A DNA stretch of 63,825 bases, filler included, from Choristocarpus tenellus KU-1152 (GCA_964200185.2; 12 parts of 12 records of this genome joined end to end with filler, not necessarily neighbours in it); one strand, 5' to 3'; positions 48,439 to 63,000 are shown, numbered from the whole stretch's first letter. A program made the numbers and translations. The notes: generated by a model not told the origin, from the sequence alone.

Positions 48439-50273
48439 GTGCGTCTTGAACTGGAAAACGGGTCACAATTTTTGAGAGAGGTCCTGTATCACATTTGATA
48501 GGAGGAAGACAATCTTTGATGCTACAACACAATTTTTTTTATGAATTCTAGGGAGTGTTCAAGGGGTGTAAAGAAATGGTGGTAACAAGCATTTAGACTA
48601 GAGAATTCTCTTTCAGCATATAGTGATCTGGTATTGTTTTTCACTGTAGCAAGGCCAAGAGTTGGTGGGCCTCTCGCTACTGGCATGTGATCAAGTAACG
48701 AAAAGTTTGGCATCCACAAAGCCCCAAAATGTACTGAACTTTGTGATGCAAATAAATAAACAAAATTTATATGTGAGGTGCACTGCTCTCTGGAAGTTTA
48801 GGGTTGTTTTTTCACTCTAAATAAAGTATCTGAATTCAAGATATTGAGGTGGAAGCCCCAGTACATTGACTGTGGCATAGTGCAAGAATGAGACGTTGAT
48901 ATTGCTGTGTCCTTTGGGATAGTTTGCTCTACCCCACCAGTCTGTTTTAGAGCTCCCCCCTGATTATTTTCTCTTATATGGTAACAGCATCCTGATGAGA
49001 AAAGATATTCCTGAACTATCTCAGTATGTGCTTGAACAGTGAGTACCTGCAACATGAGCATGGGAAAAATAAAGTACTTTGCATTACAATAAGCTGGGTC
49101 TTTTGGATGAGAATTAGTAAAATGTTTTTTTGCTCTTGTGTATCTAGTGCATTATACATGAGCACTCACACACACATACACAGCTGACTTTAAGGAGTCC
49201 CAGACCTGTGTTGGAAGGGGATAGAGGAAAATTCATCCCCCTCATTACAGAATTGTGCCAGTCTTTTTCCGACCCTCTATTGGTATCCAATTTTAACCCT
49301 GGTCAAGAAAATGATTGGGCAATGAAGTTTTAGTGAGGAGTTAATAATGAGAGGTTCAACAGGAAAGACAAGAACAGATCTAGGATCAACAAGAGGTGTG
49401 AGGTCTTTGGGTTGCTTCTTTGTTGGACAGTTGATGAGAACAGCAGGGCCCTTGTGATATTCTGATGGGGCCCGGGCAATACATAGAACCTGGGTTGAAA
49501 GGTGCCTATGACAATCTCCAACATTACCACTCCATGATCTACAGTTAAAAAAAAATACTGGACCACTGGCCCATTCTTTGCAATGGCCATCAAGCACTGT
49601 GCTGAACAGTGAAATGATAATCCTGCATTGTATCTTACGCTATGGATTCAATACAGTACTGTACCACGCCATGCATTGCCTATACTCATTGTAATTGTTA
49701 GCCTTCCCATTAGTTGGAGGGATGCCAGACCTGTGGTTAAGAGGTAGTGTGAGGAGAAGTAATGAACACAGCTAGCCGAGAACGCAAGGACAAAACTAGT
49801 TGGAGCAAAGAAACTGAACCTCCTAATTAAGAATGACTCATTTCTGATAAATTATCTCAGGGGATTTGAGAGGAAAACGTGCCCTTAGAGTTTTGAATGG
49901 CAAAAGTGAACACTTACAATAGATGCACTTGTCTATTGATTGCCGATTGTTGTTGAATGCTCAAATGTTTTCAGAACTCGAATGCACACTCAAATAATGA
50001 TAACCCTTCAGGCCTGTAACATTGGACCACCAATCACCTGTGTTGCGCCAAGTTTTTTCAACCCTTCAACAAAGAAGAGAATGACAAGGACAAAAATATA
50101 TATACCTGATCGTCTTCCCACACCAGGGTTAGGGCCCCTGCAATGTTGCTGTTAGTGAAGTTATGCCCCATGCTTGCTTCTCTCGATATTCCGTTCCTAG
50201 GCACAATATGGGCTGCTCTTTACAGCAGATATTTATCACAAAGTGCTACCAAGCTTTCTTAAACCACGGATTG

Positions 50274-51100
50274 GAGTAATGATATCTCGTTATCTGACAA
50301 ATTTCAAAAGTTGTGGGATTGAATGGCAGGTTTGGCCTCTTTTCTGACTCCCTACAGTAGGAGGGCAAAGATAGAGTGAGAGAGGGGTCCAGGAACAGGC
50401 TCAAGGGGAAATGCGATTATTGAGATGACTGCTTGGGGAGATGATGTGAATAGTGAGGTGATGGCTAATGGATTATGCTGGTTAGGCTACCAGGCCCTGA
50501 TTTCAACATTGAGATGTCATTGTTTGACAGAAAAAGAAAATCGACAAAATCTAGAGGCTGCGGAACAACCCTGTGAAATCTGTGGGCCATGACCCCACTA
50601 ATTGCACACTCTTCCTGAGTGGTCATCTCCATCAACATGTTTCCTCTTGGGCCTGTTCCTGGACCCCTCTCTCCATCTTTCTTCTCCTGCTGTAGAGAGT
50701 CAGGAAAACAATCCAGGTGAGATTCAATTCCTCGACCTCTGATTTTTTCAAATTGTTAAGATACCACTGTTCCAACGGGCAGACACCCGTGCATTGGGGC
50801 AGCAGTCATGCAACTGTCTGCTGCAGTGGAGCAGTGGTATCTCAACATATAGGAAATTGAGAGGTGGAGGGATCGAATTCAGTTGAATGGGTTTCCTGAC
50901 TCCAACCAGCGGGACGATAAAAGTGGGCATCAGGGTGTCTAGGAACATGGGCTTCAGGGAAAATGTGGAGGTTGAGATGACTGCTTGGGGAGAGCACATG
51001 ATTAGTGAGGTGATGGCCAATAGAAAATGAAGCGAGGTTTCCACCCTCTGATTATGTCGAAAATTGAGATACCACTATTCCACTAGGGCAGATAGATAGG
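50274..51100. mobile_element. Fold-back inverted-repeat element (arms about 50274-50440 and 50610-50772) with an additional partial copy
   Basis: CTGACTCCCTACAG..GAGAGGGGTCCAGGAACAGGC..GAGATGAC is reverse-complementary to GTCATCTC..GCCTGTTCCTGGACCCCTCTC..CTGTAGAGAGTCAG. A similar arm lies at about 50860-51020. Confidence 0.65.
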
Positions 51101-52357
51101 TGTGGAATTATCTCTGGTGGAACAGTGGTGCCCCAATATTTGATCTTGCATTTGTTGCACTTGTGCACTTTTTCTACACACACAAATTTGGTGAAGTGCC
51201 TGTATGCCAAAAATATTTATACTTTTAATCAAATGAAACATTTAATATACCAACTCTTTTACATCCATTTCTTGTTTCACTGGTCAAAAACGCTAAGGAC
51301 ACTATTCCCTATCAAATTCTTTGAGACTCAATACTACGTAGTGTAGTAAAAAATGAGATTCAAGATCGTGAGCAGCTGTACAGCCCAGAAAAAGATAAAT
51401 ACGTAGACACTATTCACTGAGTGCCTGGCCCTGGGACAGGACATCACCAACACAGTCAGCATGATAAGGCCCAGCTGGAAAAATGAAACCCAGGGTCACA
51501 TCTGGTCTATCTACACAAACTCATTTTGTATCACAAAAGTCACTGGAATAGTGCAGAATGATCCATGGACACTCTTTAATACGTGGCATACTGCAGTGTG
51601 ACATATGGCATTTTCTATTTGCTTGCAAAACACAAAAGCTCTTTTGTACGCACTAACAGCTACAGCCCCCGCTCCCTATTATTCCATACGATCATGGTTT
51701 GAAATATGCAAAGCAGAAATTTTACTTTACTTTGAATTTGTGAGTTGTATAGAATTATTGCATGCTACCACGTTTATAAACCAATTGATCTTTAATATTA
51801 AGACTAGTTTTCCCCAAGCCCTGTTAGCCTTCGTCGCGCTGATATCCTTGTGCCCACCTTGGGACTCACCCTGCTCATTCTTACACATCATTGAGATTAC
51901 TATTTCTGGCATTAGGCGTCATTGCACAATCGTAAACGCTCTGTTCAAGGATATGGTAAAACTAGTTGTCAGGGTCCTTCTTGAGATCCGGATTCCTTTT
52001 CGCTTCCCCAAGCATCTGCTCCCAGAACTACATGGGCTGCAAGTGTGAATTCCACTGACTGTAAGCTCGCAAGGGTTGCCACAAACAGCACAGCTTAGTT
52101 TACCCAGGTTTTGCTAGCTTTCTGTCTAGCACTGTGAGTTATAGGAATTGAATTCACCACACTTCGATTACACTGAAATAAAACGGAACTGAAGACTCAG
52201 TTATTTGTTTTTTTCTACACTTCCTTGGTTTGAAGGATAGGGGATCTCACAAGCAAGATCTCTAAGCACCTCCATGAGTTCATGGGCCTTGACTGTGCCT
52301 GGGTACTCTCTGGTGGTTGCGGAGAATACCTTGTTCATGAGTATGATGTTAAACTCA

Positions 52358-52641
52358 GAGTGAAAGTATCTTAGAGAGAACGAGTTTTGCTCTGTTTGTC
52401 CGTTTGGAACTTGGCTTCCCATGTTTTTTTTGTGACATTTTCCTACTCTGAAATGTTTGGGAGTAGGTAAAATGTATACATTTTGGAGTAGGTATAATGT
52501 AAAAAACTACGAAAAGTTGTGTTCAGAACAAGGATATTGACACTTCTTAACAAACACGATAGCCAAAATTACATCAAAATCGCAACATTGGATTTTGGTC
52601 CCCAAATGGACGCAGCTCTATGCTTTAAGATACTTTGACTC
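52358..52641 (+). mobile_element. MITE family A, full copy with a small internal duplication
   Basis: GAGTGAAAGTATC...GATACTTTGACTC, 3-bp TSD TCA. Confidence 0.9.
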
Positions 52642-52821
52642 TCATCTACCATGTATGCCGTACTGTGTCCAGGGGATGACCACAATGAAGTCAAAGGTCG
52701 TAGGAAACGAGCAAGAGGCTGCGGAGCATGACCTGACACAGTTTGTGACTAAGCAAGAGAAGGTGAAGTGTATTAGGAGTAGTCAACAAATTAGTCCACC
52801 TGGTGACAGCTGATATCCGGT

Positions 52822-53079
52822 GAGTCAAAGTTTCTTTGAGGGTAGAGCCATGCCCGTTTGGCGGCCAGGATCCAATGTTGCGATTTTGATATAATTTTGG
52901 CTATCATGTTTGTTAGAGAGTGTCAATATCCTTGTTCCAGACACACCTTTTCATAAGATACACGTTTTTAATTACTCCAAAACATTTCGGAGTAGGTAAA
53001 TGTAATAAAAAATCCGTGGGAATCCAAGCCCCAAATGAACAAACAGAACAAATTCCTACCCTCTAAGATGCTTTCACTC
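52822..53079 (-). mobile_element. MITE family A, full copy
   Basis: GAGTCAAAGT...CTTTCACTC, 4-bp TSD CGGT. Confidence 0.9.
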
Positions 53080-53802
53080 CGGTGCTCACTTAGATTGTAC
53101 TTTGAAGTGTACGGATTGGATAATGCCCAATATAGGTGTACACTTGATCTGTTGGGAAAATGGGGACTTTCTCAGAGGTGAGATTAATAAGGGTATTTCA
53201 AAGTCATCAATCAATCCAAGAGATCATCCTCAAACCTTGTTTCGATATTAATTGAGTAGAACAAGGCTCTTTCAGTTTTTTATTTAGACTTACCAGACCT
53301 TTCAATTCATACGTTATTTTGTCTCCTCTCATGTGTGTGGTGTGTGTTTGTGTGTTATTGTGTAGATATGCTTATGTGTGTGCTATTTTGTGCACACAAG
53401 CGTGTTTGTGTGTTTCTATATCTGTGTTGTCATCACTGTGTTTGTGGTGCACTACATTTGTAGTGTGGATGGACTAGGTGCTAACCATTATATATCGGTG
53501 TGTTTGTGTCTCCTTGTGTATGTCAGAATGTTGGTTGGTTTGTATTGTTGACGTATGTTTGGTCTCTACACACATGTGTGTGTGTCTGATGTGCAATTGG
53601 TATGTGGCCATATACAATTGTGTGTGCGTGTGTATGTGCGAAATAGTGTGGTACACACACAATGCATCTGTTGTTGTATGTGTGTCTGTAGGTGGTCTAT
53701 GTGTTAGTATATGTATGAATGGTGTATGTGTATTGCCAGTGTGTTGCAAATGTTGTGCACACGAGTGCAAATATAGTTGGCTGTTCCAGCCTGCACTGTA
53801 GT

Positions 53803-54060
53803 GAGTGAAAGTACCTTAGAGGGTACGAGTTTTCCCTGTTTGTCCATTTGGAGCTTGGCTTCCCAGAGGTTTTTAATGACATTTTACCCACTCCAAAATG
53901 TTGCGGAGTATGTAAAAAGTTTACGCTATGAAAAGGTGTGTCCGGAACAAGGATATTGACATCTCCTAACAAACATCATAGCTAAAATTAAATCAAAATT
54001 GCAACATCGGATTTTGACCTTCAAATGGATGCGGCTCTACCCTCTAACATACTTCGACTC
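53803..54060 (+). mobile_element. MITE family A, full copy
   Basis: GAGTGAAAGTACC...ATACTTCGACTC, 3-bp TSD AGT. Confidence 0.9.
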
Positions 54061-54577
54061 AGTGTGTCACACTGTTACGCATGTTGTCGGTTTTTTGGGA
54101 CTCAATGATGTGTAGCATTTGCAAGGTTTAGCAATCTCTCTGGAGAATACAATGTCTAAGTGTATAGCACGAAAGAAGAGATCTCGTGATCAGAGGTAGC
54201 CCAGTTATATGCTGAGGCAAGGCTATCGTTGTTTGATGTGGCACAGTCTCAATAATTGCCTCATCAAGCTTTGTGAGTCAAGTAACAGCGTTGAATTTTT
54301 CGAGAAAATATTATACGTCTACATGCTGAACTTAATACCAATGTGTCACTTGACATAGTGGCTGTGAGAAGTGACTCAAGTCTGCGTCAGTGATACCCCT
54401 CCCTCGATATAAAATTGGTCATGACAAGCTGCTCTCTCATCACATTCTCCAACCTCCTTCCTCCATTCTTGAACTGTTGGAATAATACCACAAGTAGTGG
54501 CCTGAGGAGCGCCCTGTTCTCCATAGATTCTCCTTGAACATTGGATCTTGAAAGTCTCGTGACCTGGAGAGGCATCA

Positions 54578-54834
54578 GAGTCGAAGTATGTTAGAGGGTA
54601 GAGTCGCGTCCATTTTGAGGCCAAAATCCGATGTTGCAATTTTGATTAGTTTTGGCTATGTTGTTTGTTAGGAGATGTCAATATCCTTGTTCCGGACACA
54701 CCTTTTCATAACGTAAACATTTTACATACTCCGAAACATTTTGGAGTAGGTAAAATGTCATTAAAAACCTGTGAGAAGCCAAGCTCCAAATGGACAAACA
54801 GGGAAAACTCGTACCCTCTAAGATACTTTCACTC
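54578..54834 (-). mobile_element. MITE family A, full copy
   Basis: GAGTCGAAGTATG...GATACTTTCACTC, 4-bp TSD ATCA. Confidence 0.9.
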
Positions 54835-57811
54835 ATCACAATGAGACAAAAAAAAAGGAAAGGACCATTGTCAGACAGCCCGGTCGAAGATGTTGCTAGT
54901 GAAGGTAACCACAATGTTCAAGACGCTGGTGCTTCCCAAGACTTGAGTATATAAATGACTTGATAAATTCCTTCTTGGGTTGGACAGGTTGTAGATGAAT
55001 TGAGGGAGGAGAAAGGAGGAGTGAGTCTTCATGCCGAAGGGGATCCTAATCACCAAATTAATTATATTCTGTGGATCACTTACCACTAGCCACAGATTGC
55101 TTGCTGCTATGTCCCCCCTATTCCTGAACTCTGCCATATTCTTGTCCATTAACCAATACCTATCTTCTTTTCTTCAGAATATAAACATGTTCTCTTCCAT
55201 CTATCTGGTGGTTCCTTCCAGAATCTACTTTTACACAAGAATAAAAGCATAATCTTGACGCACTCCCCTGCTTTAAACTTCTAGTAAAAACGTAATATCT
55301 CAATCACTCCTGTACATATCATAACACAAAACTCAGTCCCACTTCATGCTAAGCATGATAACGCTGGAGTGCCTATTGAACGATTTCTTTCGACCCAAAG
55401 TATCTGGGGGGGGGGGGGAGGTCTACACCAGNNNNNNNNNNNNNNNNNNNNNNNNNNNNNNNNNNNNNNNNNNNNTTAATTAATTAANNNNNNNNNNNNN
55501 NNNNNNNNNNNNNNNNNNNNNNNNNNNNNNNCAATTAGCAGTTGCCGCCTTCCCCCCCCCCCTCCCCTGCTGCACTACTATTGTTACCTCCGTGATTTGG
55601 CTACATGGAACCTTTGATGCTGCAGTGAATAGAAAAAAGACTTTGTTTCATTTCTGTTGTTATGTAGAAGATTTAGGTCGCCTTTTATTGCTCTTCCTGG
55701 AAAGAAACAATTACTGATCTATGTGGAGTCATATGGGGGGAGCAGCGAACTTCAAGACAATGATCGTAGGACTCCAGAGCACTGGTAGCTGAGTATGAAA
55801 GTTTTGAGTGAGCCAATAGTGTGAAGGAGTGTCTTCATTGTACAGGGAAAATGTCAAGAAGACTACCTCCTTTGCTGTTCATATAACTACCTGGCAGTGC
55901 ACTGCCTTCACACATCTTGCTCCCTCCTGGCTTAGCTTCTTGGTGAGCAGATAGCTCAGTTCCTGCTGTGTGTGCTTATGAGTAGTACCATGTATATGTT
56001 GCATTGAGTGAGTGGAGTAAAGGCACACCACTGACACAGAGGGGTTTGTCCAGTCAGGTGTGTGTGTGCGCGCGCGCGCGTGTATTGTATGTGTATGTAT
56101 GTGTTTTGTGTGTACCCTTTGGCGCTTGTTGAAATATGTATGACTTATTGCAACCCTTTGGCACCCACTGTACTTTTTTTGGTTGGTACATCAGATACCG
56201 TACCATCTTTTGGCACTGTTATATCAAGCGCCATTACTAGTGAGCTTGCGTCACTTCTTGAGATACTGACTGGCCCTTTGTCCTACCCTGACCTATGGAT
56301 GGCTAGGTTAGGTTATTGACCCTCCTGGCATCAGCCTGTTTGTAGGACTGTGACAGGTGGTCACTACCCAACAGTCGTGTTTCACAGAGAGAGGAAGAAC
56401 TTCTCACCGTATTTGTGTTTCTTGTCATTATTATTGTTTTTATCATGTTTGGAAAATCCTCCCTTCGTTGTTGATTCAAATTTTGTGGTTGAGGGAAGGT
56501 GGTGATTTTGTTGTCCCAAATGTCACATACACATACATACATGCAGACATACATACATGTCTTACATGTCGTGCCATGCGTGCATGTATGTATGTATGTG
56601 CGTATGTGTATGTCCATGTTTACATGCATTCTGTTTTATTTCCAGGGCTTTACTACACCGGACCGGCGGTTGACGGACCGATTTGTTGGACCACTGGTTC
56701 CCTGGTCTGTTACGCAACCTGGTCCGGTTTACGATCTCTGTAGCCTCTGTCTGATCCTGCCAACAAATATTTCTTCCCAGACCAGTCAGCGATCTGATCC
56801 GGGTATCACTCTCTGATGGCTGTGGACGGGTCCTCCTGTTCAATCATACTGCATGGTTCCACTGCGTACAGTTTAGTATTAACTATTCTACTTTGATGAC
56901 CCTGTCAGATAGATGCGGTGAACATGAAAAAAGTGCAAGTCCTACTACAGTAGTAGTAGGTGTAGGATGTAGTCTAATTGAAAAAGTGTAAAAATAATCT
57001 AAGCAAAGAACAATATATTTTCTGATTAGTAGTAGTAACTATGAGTGATGAACAGCTGCCACATCCCTCACTTCCTCACGATAACCCCTTAAAAAGTTAA
57101 CGTTCCTCATGATTCCAGTCATCATAGGACATTTTGTTTAGGGGAGTTGTGAAGAACATGGAAACATGCGACCTACGAAAGGGTAGTAAAACATATGTGG
57201 AGGTAGTCACACACTTCCTTGATCCGCACATCAAAACATGCTGCATGGGAAACTCATGTATACTAAACGGGGGGTGCTTAGTCGATGGACAGAACTCTTG
57301 TTGCTGAGCTAGAGTGGCAGGGGAATCCGCTCGATGATTCATTTGATGCGGACAGGGATAATGAGTAAGGTTCTCCATTTGTATCAATTATTATCAGTTG
57401 TGTATGTAACTAGTAGCATGATCAGTGTATCTGAAGCCATTTCTCATGTCCTGACCATGCAAAGGTGTGAAGATTGTTGTAGTGACATGTATATATATAT
57501 ATATATAATTGGGTGGTGGGTGGCACAGATCAGCTGGAAGAGATGATCACGGTACTAATAATCCGAAAAAGGTCAAGCTTTCTGAGGTTCTTAATCGGAA
57601 GGGAATCACCAAGACAGTGTATGGTGGAGGATGAGGTAGTAGTAGAAGAAGAGGAAGAGTTCTCGGGTAATGGAAGGAGAATGCTACTCCTAAGACTGAT
57701 GGTGATGGTTAGTAAGGTAATCAAGGCGATGCAGAAGGCACAATACTACTACTACCATACTATTGCTTAATTTGTTGGCAATATTTGCCAGACTCCTCGA
57801 TGGCATTTGTT

Positions 57812-58073
57812 GGCATGAGTTTGACATACCATGAGAAAATTCTCAAGGCCCGCCATGATATTTGCGTGTTGCAATGTGCCGTTAGCACAGAGAAGGTAGA
57901 GGAGTGTCTCATGTGTATGCAGCTTGACAGGGACCTAATCAAGGCATGAGTTTGACATACCATGAGAAACTTCTCAAGGCCCGCCATGATATTTGCGTGT
58001 TGCAATGTGCCGTTAGCACAGAGAAGGTAGAGGAGTGTCTCATGTGTATGCAGCTTGACAAGGACCTAATCAA
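57812..58073. repeat. Near-perfect tandem duplication, 131-bp unit x2
   Basis: GGCATGAGTTTGACATACC...GGACCTAATCAA starts at 57812 and at 57943. Confidence 0.9.
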
Positions 58074-58567
58074 GAAAGGAGGTGGTCAAGTACTATGAGG
58101 AAATGAAGGTCTGAGATCTTGGAGATCCAACTAGGACGTATCATCGCCAGTCAGTCATGGTGGATTCCTCCAGAGTAACATTAACAACGGGGCAAACATT
58201 TTTTGGTGAACGTTACGTATTATTGTTCCAAGGTGTCCTCAGTTCCCTAATACATTTATTATTGAAATTTAATAGTAACATTATGTACTACTAGTATTAA
58301 TAGCAGCGGAAAAATAAATAAATAATGATATCTACTGTTTTAGGTTTTTTTTCTGACATGCGTATAGTTTCATTGGTTTTACGTGACAGGTCGACAAAAT
58401 ATCCGAGGGGTAGTAATGTAATATTATTTTCTCAACATTCAAAACAATAATAACAGCGATGTGTTCGTCCCTTCGCTCGCATGTAAAATAAAAGTACCAT
58501 AACGATGAGTACACTTAGTTAATAAAATGATGTACTCCCACAAGACGAATCGAAGTGTGGGGCAGGG

Positions 58568-58601
<34 letters not shown>

Positions 58602-60099
58602 CGCCTGGCTGTAACGAACAGAAACGCGGTGGTGGGCCGGGAGAACTGGGTAACCTAGCNNNNNNNNNNNNNNNNNNNNNNNNNNNNNNNNNNNNNNNNN
58701 NNNTTAATTAATTAANNNNNNNNNNNNNNNNNNNNNNNNNNNNNNNNNNNNNNNNNNNNGACAAATATTTGTAGGTATTGATGACATGGTTCTATTCTTG
58801 CATCAAATTTGCATCAATTTGTCATCCTTGAGGATCTCTTACTTCAGAGCAGAGTGCATCAATCGAAATGTTTATGCTATATTTTAATTTTAATTTTTTA
58901 GTGGTATTGACTCCAATAGTAATGAGTGTATAGAGGTAGTTAGGAAAGTCTGGTTGTAGGTGGGCATGTCAAAATTAACCCCAATTGGGAAACTCAGATA
59001 AGAAAAGATGGGATAATGAAAGGAGGAGAAACTTTAGGAAAGAGCCTAATATTTGTGGTTCAAGGAGATATATTTTAGTTTATTTTCTTATCTTACGTTC
59101 TCCTTGCATTTGACAATTCCGTCCACTGATGAAGTAGTAGGGTGCCCTTTAGGATACACCACAAGAATAATATGTTTGACCATGATACATCTGTATAACC
59201 CCTTACCTGTATATTTTCAGGTTCTATACCAGTGGAATTAGGGAACCTCAGTGAACTACGAGTTCTTCATCTCTGCAACAACCAGCTCACCGGTTAGTGT
59301 TACTTTTTCTGGCCTTACCCTTGTTGGTATAGAAAATGCTTTGTGTAATAGAAATTCCATATTGAATAGTAGTTTCACCTTGTGGTTGTTTATATTCTGA
59401 GCGCTGTGTGGTGAGTCTATTCAATATTACCTCTTCTGTAATACGTGTGAGTAAGCAACCATTGTTAGCAACTACTGTGGTATTACCGCTTGTAACCTGT
59501 GTTTTCATAGAAGCCTGTTTGTTAAAAATAAATTAATTCAACAGTTGAATTTTTTTCCTAACAAGTATACGCGAGTATTTTGTCACAATGTATGAAACAT
59601 ATTACCAAAAAATCCCAACAGAGAATTTTTTTTCTCAAATGGACAACAACCTACCACCCCCCCCGGATACTTTGAGCCAGGTTCAAAAACGGACGCCGCC
59701 AACCCCCCCCCTAGATACTTTTACCCATCTCCTCAATTTCAAATATTCTTTAAATACATAGAGAAATAGAGTAACCAGAATAATTAATAGCTACTACTTG
59801 TTAAGTTGTCCTTGACGATCTGTTGTCCCACACAACCAGTTATATTATTTTTTTTAGCTTGTATCACATTTGAGGAGAGAGTGAGATACCTCACTAGGTG
59901 GGGCTCACCAATACTTACATTAAATGACTCCACAGTTTTTCCAGTACACATCAGAAACTCTCCCACTCTAACAGTTCGCTAATTACTTTCTGGTCGAATA
60001 GTACCCTAACCCTAAATATCCCGAATGTCCCGCATTATCATCTGTACGTACCTAAAGTAATACTTCACATCATATTCTCACAAATGGTCAAGCACAATC

Positions 60100-63000
60100 T
60101 TGACCCACTCCCCTGCTCTGACTATGCAGTTAGAATCAAATCAGTCCAACAATAAATCCTAACTTCAAATCAATAGAATCTGCACACTTCGATATTTACT
60201 CCCACACATGGACAAGGAAAAATCTTGACACACTCCCATGCTCTGTCCATACATCATGAATCCAATGAACTCAATCTGCACACTAACCTTTCCTCACAGT
60301 GCATGTAAAGTATTCGTATTACGTGATGCTTGTACAATCCCATACATGGATTTCTGTAGCTTCCCAACCGTGCCATCGAATTCAGCCACCACCCCCTCCG
60401 GCAACTCCACATACAAGTCTACCTCCGGTTCTACATTGGTGAGAGCCCTCACTCCATCTGCCATACCTAGGCTCCATCCCAACCATGATGTCCATTCCAG
60501 GATCATCCGCAGGCTTGACTCTTGTGCGGTGGGTACGAATTTTTCATGTCAATCAATTCCAAGGATTTGTTGATATCCTTGTACCACTAGTCTTGCTTTC
60601 TAGTACTCAACCAATACCACTGCATTCACCCTCCTGGATAAAATGAATTTCGTTTTCCAGACATTTGCCTCAGTTGACATGGGAACATGAACGCATGTGC
60701 CATGAGTAATTAATGCATCAATCTCAGCATAGATAGCCTCAAGTCACTCCTTGGACTCTCAAAATTCAAGCGCTTCCTTCGCAGTGAGAGGTAATAAAGG
60801 TAAATCACTCGCCGGAGTATCCCGTGGCCAGCCCAGTCACTATTCATCTTCAATTATCTCCTTCACCTTGTGCCTGACCACAAAGGCTGTTGGTCTAGTA
60901 TTTGTCTTACATGCCAGAGGAGTTTGTGACGGCCCCACTCTATTCTCCCGGAGCGGAAATAGCATCCTGGGTTCAGAGGACTGTGACTTCTCTCTTGACC
61001 CAAGCCTCCCACTCCCCTGCTGTTGAGGTGACACAACCCTTTCCCAGACCCCAATTGTACAGTATGACCCGACCCAACTGCTACTCTTCAGCATTCCTCG
61101 ACCCAATTTGCTCCCCCACATTAATGCCTTCAACCGTACCCTCATAAAATAATCCAATTTCTTCATCACTAGAATCTCCAGGTGTCGTTTCACCACACGT
61201 GGTCACTGGAAAAAATCCTTTCCCCCTCGACAGTGGTAGCCTTGAGGATTGACGCCGGGTGTCATCATGCAGGGTACTGTCCCATATTGACTCCCAACTA
61301 ATATCCCTTTGCATCACGAGTCGCCCTGAACGCTGCATCAAAATCCGGTAAGTATGGGAAGGGTACTGGTTAAGTGGTGCAACACCCATCATAAAGCAGG
61401 GTTGAGCGCATGGTGAAGGCTTTGTGGGTTTATTGTCTATACGAATGTATCCACGGCTACCCCAAATTGGAATTTGTGTCACATGAGCAGTATGTCCATG
61501 CCATAATTCCCATGGACTTACCCAGTCAGTGTTAGCAGATGTAGGTGTCATGTTGTTAACATCATTGGCATGCGACATGGCCTATGCCCACAAGGTCCCA
61601 TCATTTTCCAATCTGGCACCATATCGCAGTACAAGTGACTTTTCCCACACGGAAGCAATTCTCTTTTTCACCTCCCCATTGTTCTGTGGTGCTACAGGCA
61701 CAGTGTGCTTGTGTGGAACACCGTACCTTTCCTATATTGACTCAAAGCCAGTTCCAGTAAATACCGTCCCACAGTCCATCCACACAGGTTTGATCTCTAT
61801 CTCAGCTGGCTTGGCTGCATCGATCAAGAATCTCTCCAATGCAGATAATGTCGTCTGATCACTCTTGGTACTGGAGTAATACCCGAAACTCCTTCGAGTG
61901 CAGTCTTCCACCACGAATATAACATAGTAATGCCCCTTCCCCTTACTTGGATATACTTTCGGTTCAGTCAAGTCTAAAAACACACGCCCCCCCTTTACCA
62001 AAACACGATTCTCTGTCTCCTTTGGTAATGATGCTCATGACCCTTGCCGAGTGGACAACCTCAACAAAATGGTCCCTAAGTCCCAGTCAGTAAATATTCT
62101 GACCAGTAGTGTATTTCCTCACAGTCCCTTGATGAACATGTCCTAATCAAACATGCAGCTCATTGACATCCATCGATGTAGTTTTCCTGGGTCAGGTTAA
62201 TTCTTGGTATGCCAGAAATAGGTGTTGTATCAGTGGTAGGGGCATTAACACAATGGGATTCATTCATCACACTCACTCACTCTGCGAATTCCTAGTTAGA
62301 ATAATTACTCCTCTCCCAATGAGGTAAAGGTGAGATTTCTGTCCACGTAGTCCGAAAAAGTTGAGATTCTAGTAGAGTCGACAGATCGGAAACTGTTACC
62401 ATCTTGCATGCAAGCCTTGGCAGAATATAAGTTCACACCAAGATCAGGCACCATAAGTACGTTAGTGAATACAACAGTCTCCAGTTTACCACTTTGAACA
62501 CATTCCAATTTTATGCCTCACAATGTCAAGTGTTCCACCACCTCCAACTGTAACTGTTCGATGACAAGATTCCCCACTATACATGTTCTTATTGGTTGTT
62601 GTAAAATCATATGTGTCTCTTGAAGGGAAGCGATTTTACCTTACTAGCACGATAACTTGATTGGCTACTGTAAAACCTGCCAATCTTGGCTGTCCTTCGC
62701 CAGATCCATCCAGTTTTGGTGCTCATCACTTGTTCTGAGAACCGTTCTCCCCCTCTAACCCTAATGCCACAAGTAATTTCTCCTCTGACATGACATCACA
62801 TGATCAACCATTGAAATGTAGGGGATTGTGGTAAACTCTCCCCTTGTTGTAATCTAACCTAGGAGGGTGCCATCGACTGTTCTCCCTCTAATGTGGGTCT
62901 TATTGCAACAATTTTTCTCTGGGGCACCTGGCTTTCACAACAACCTACCTTCCCCCTCCTTTGCTCAAGATACTCCTCGAAGTACTTGGTCTCTTCTTCA
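60100..63000 (-). mobile_element. Decayed, internally deleted Ty1/Copia retrotransposon
   Basis: Minus-strand order protease (NVLMVPDLGVNLYS), integrase (VEDCTR, VAPQNNG, SPWELWHG), RT (KARLVVQGYQQIPGID, LYVELPEG..KLQKSMYG). PPT-LTR junction GGGAGTG|TGTCAAGA near 60230. Similar PPT-bearing fragments occur at about 27890-28220 and 55080-55390. Confidence 0.88.

Noticed and set aside
53330-53800. Cys/Val-rich and His/Thr-rich ORFs
   Set aside because: Degenerate (TG)n microsatellite translation artefacts. The same applies at 56357-56843.
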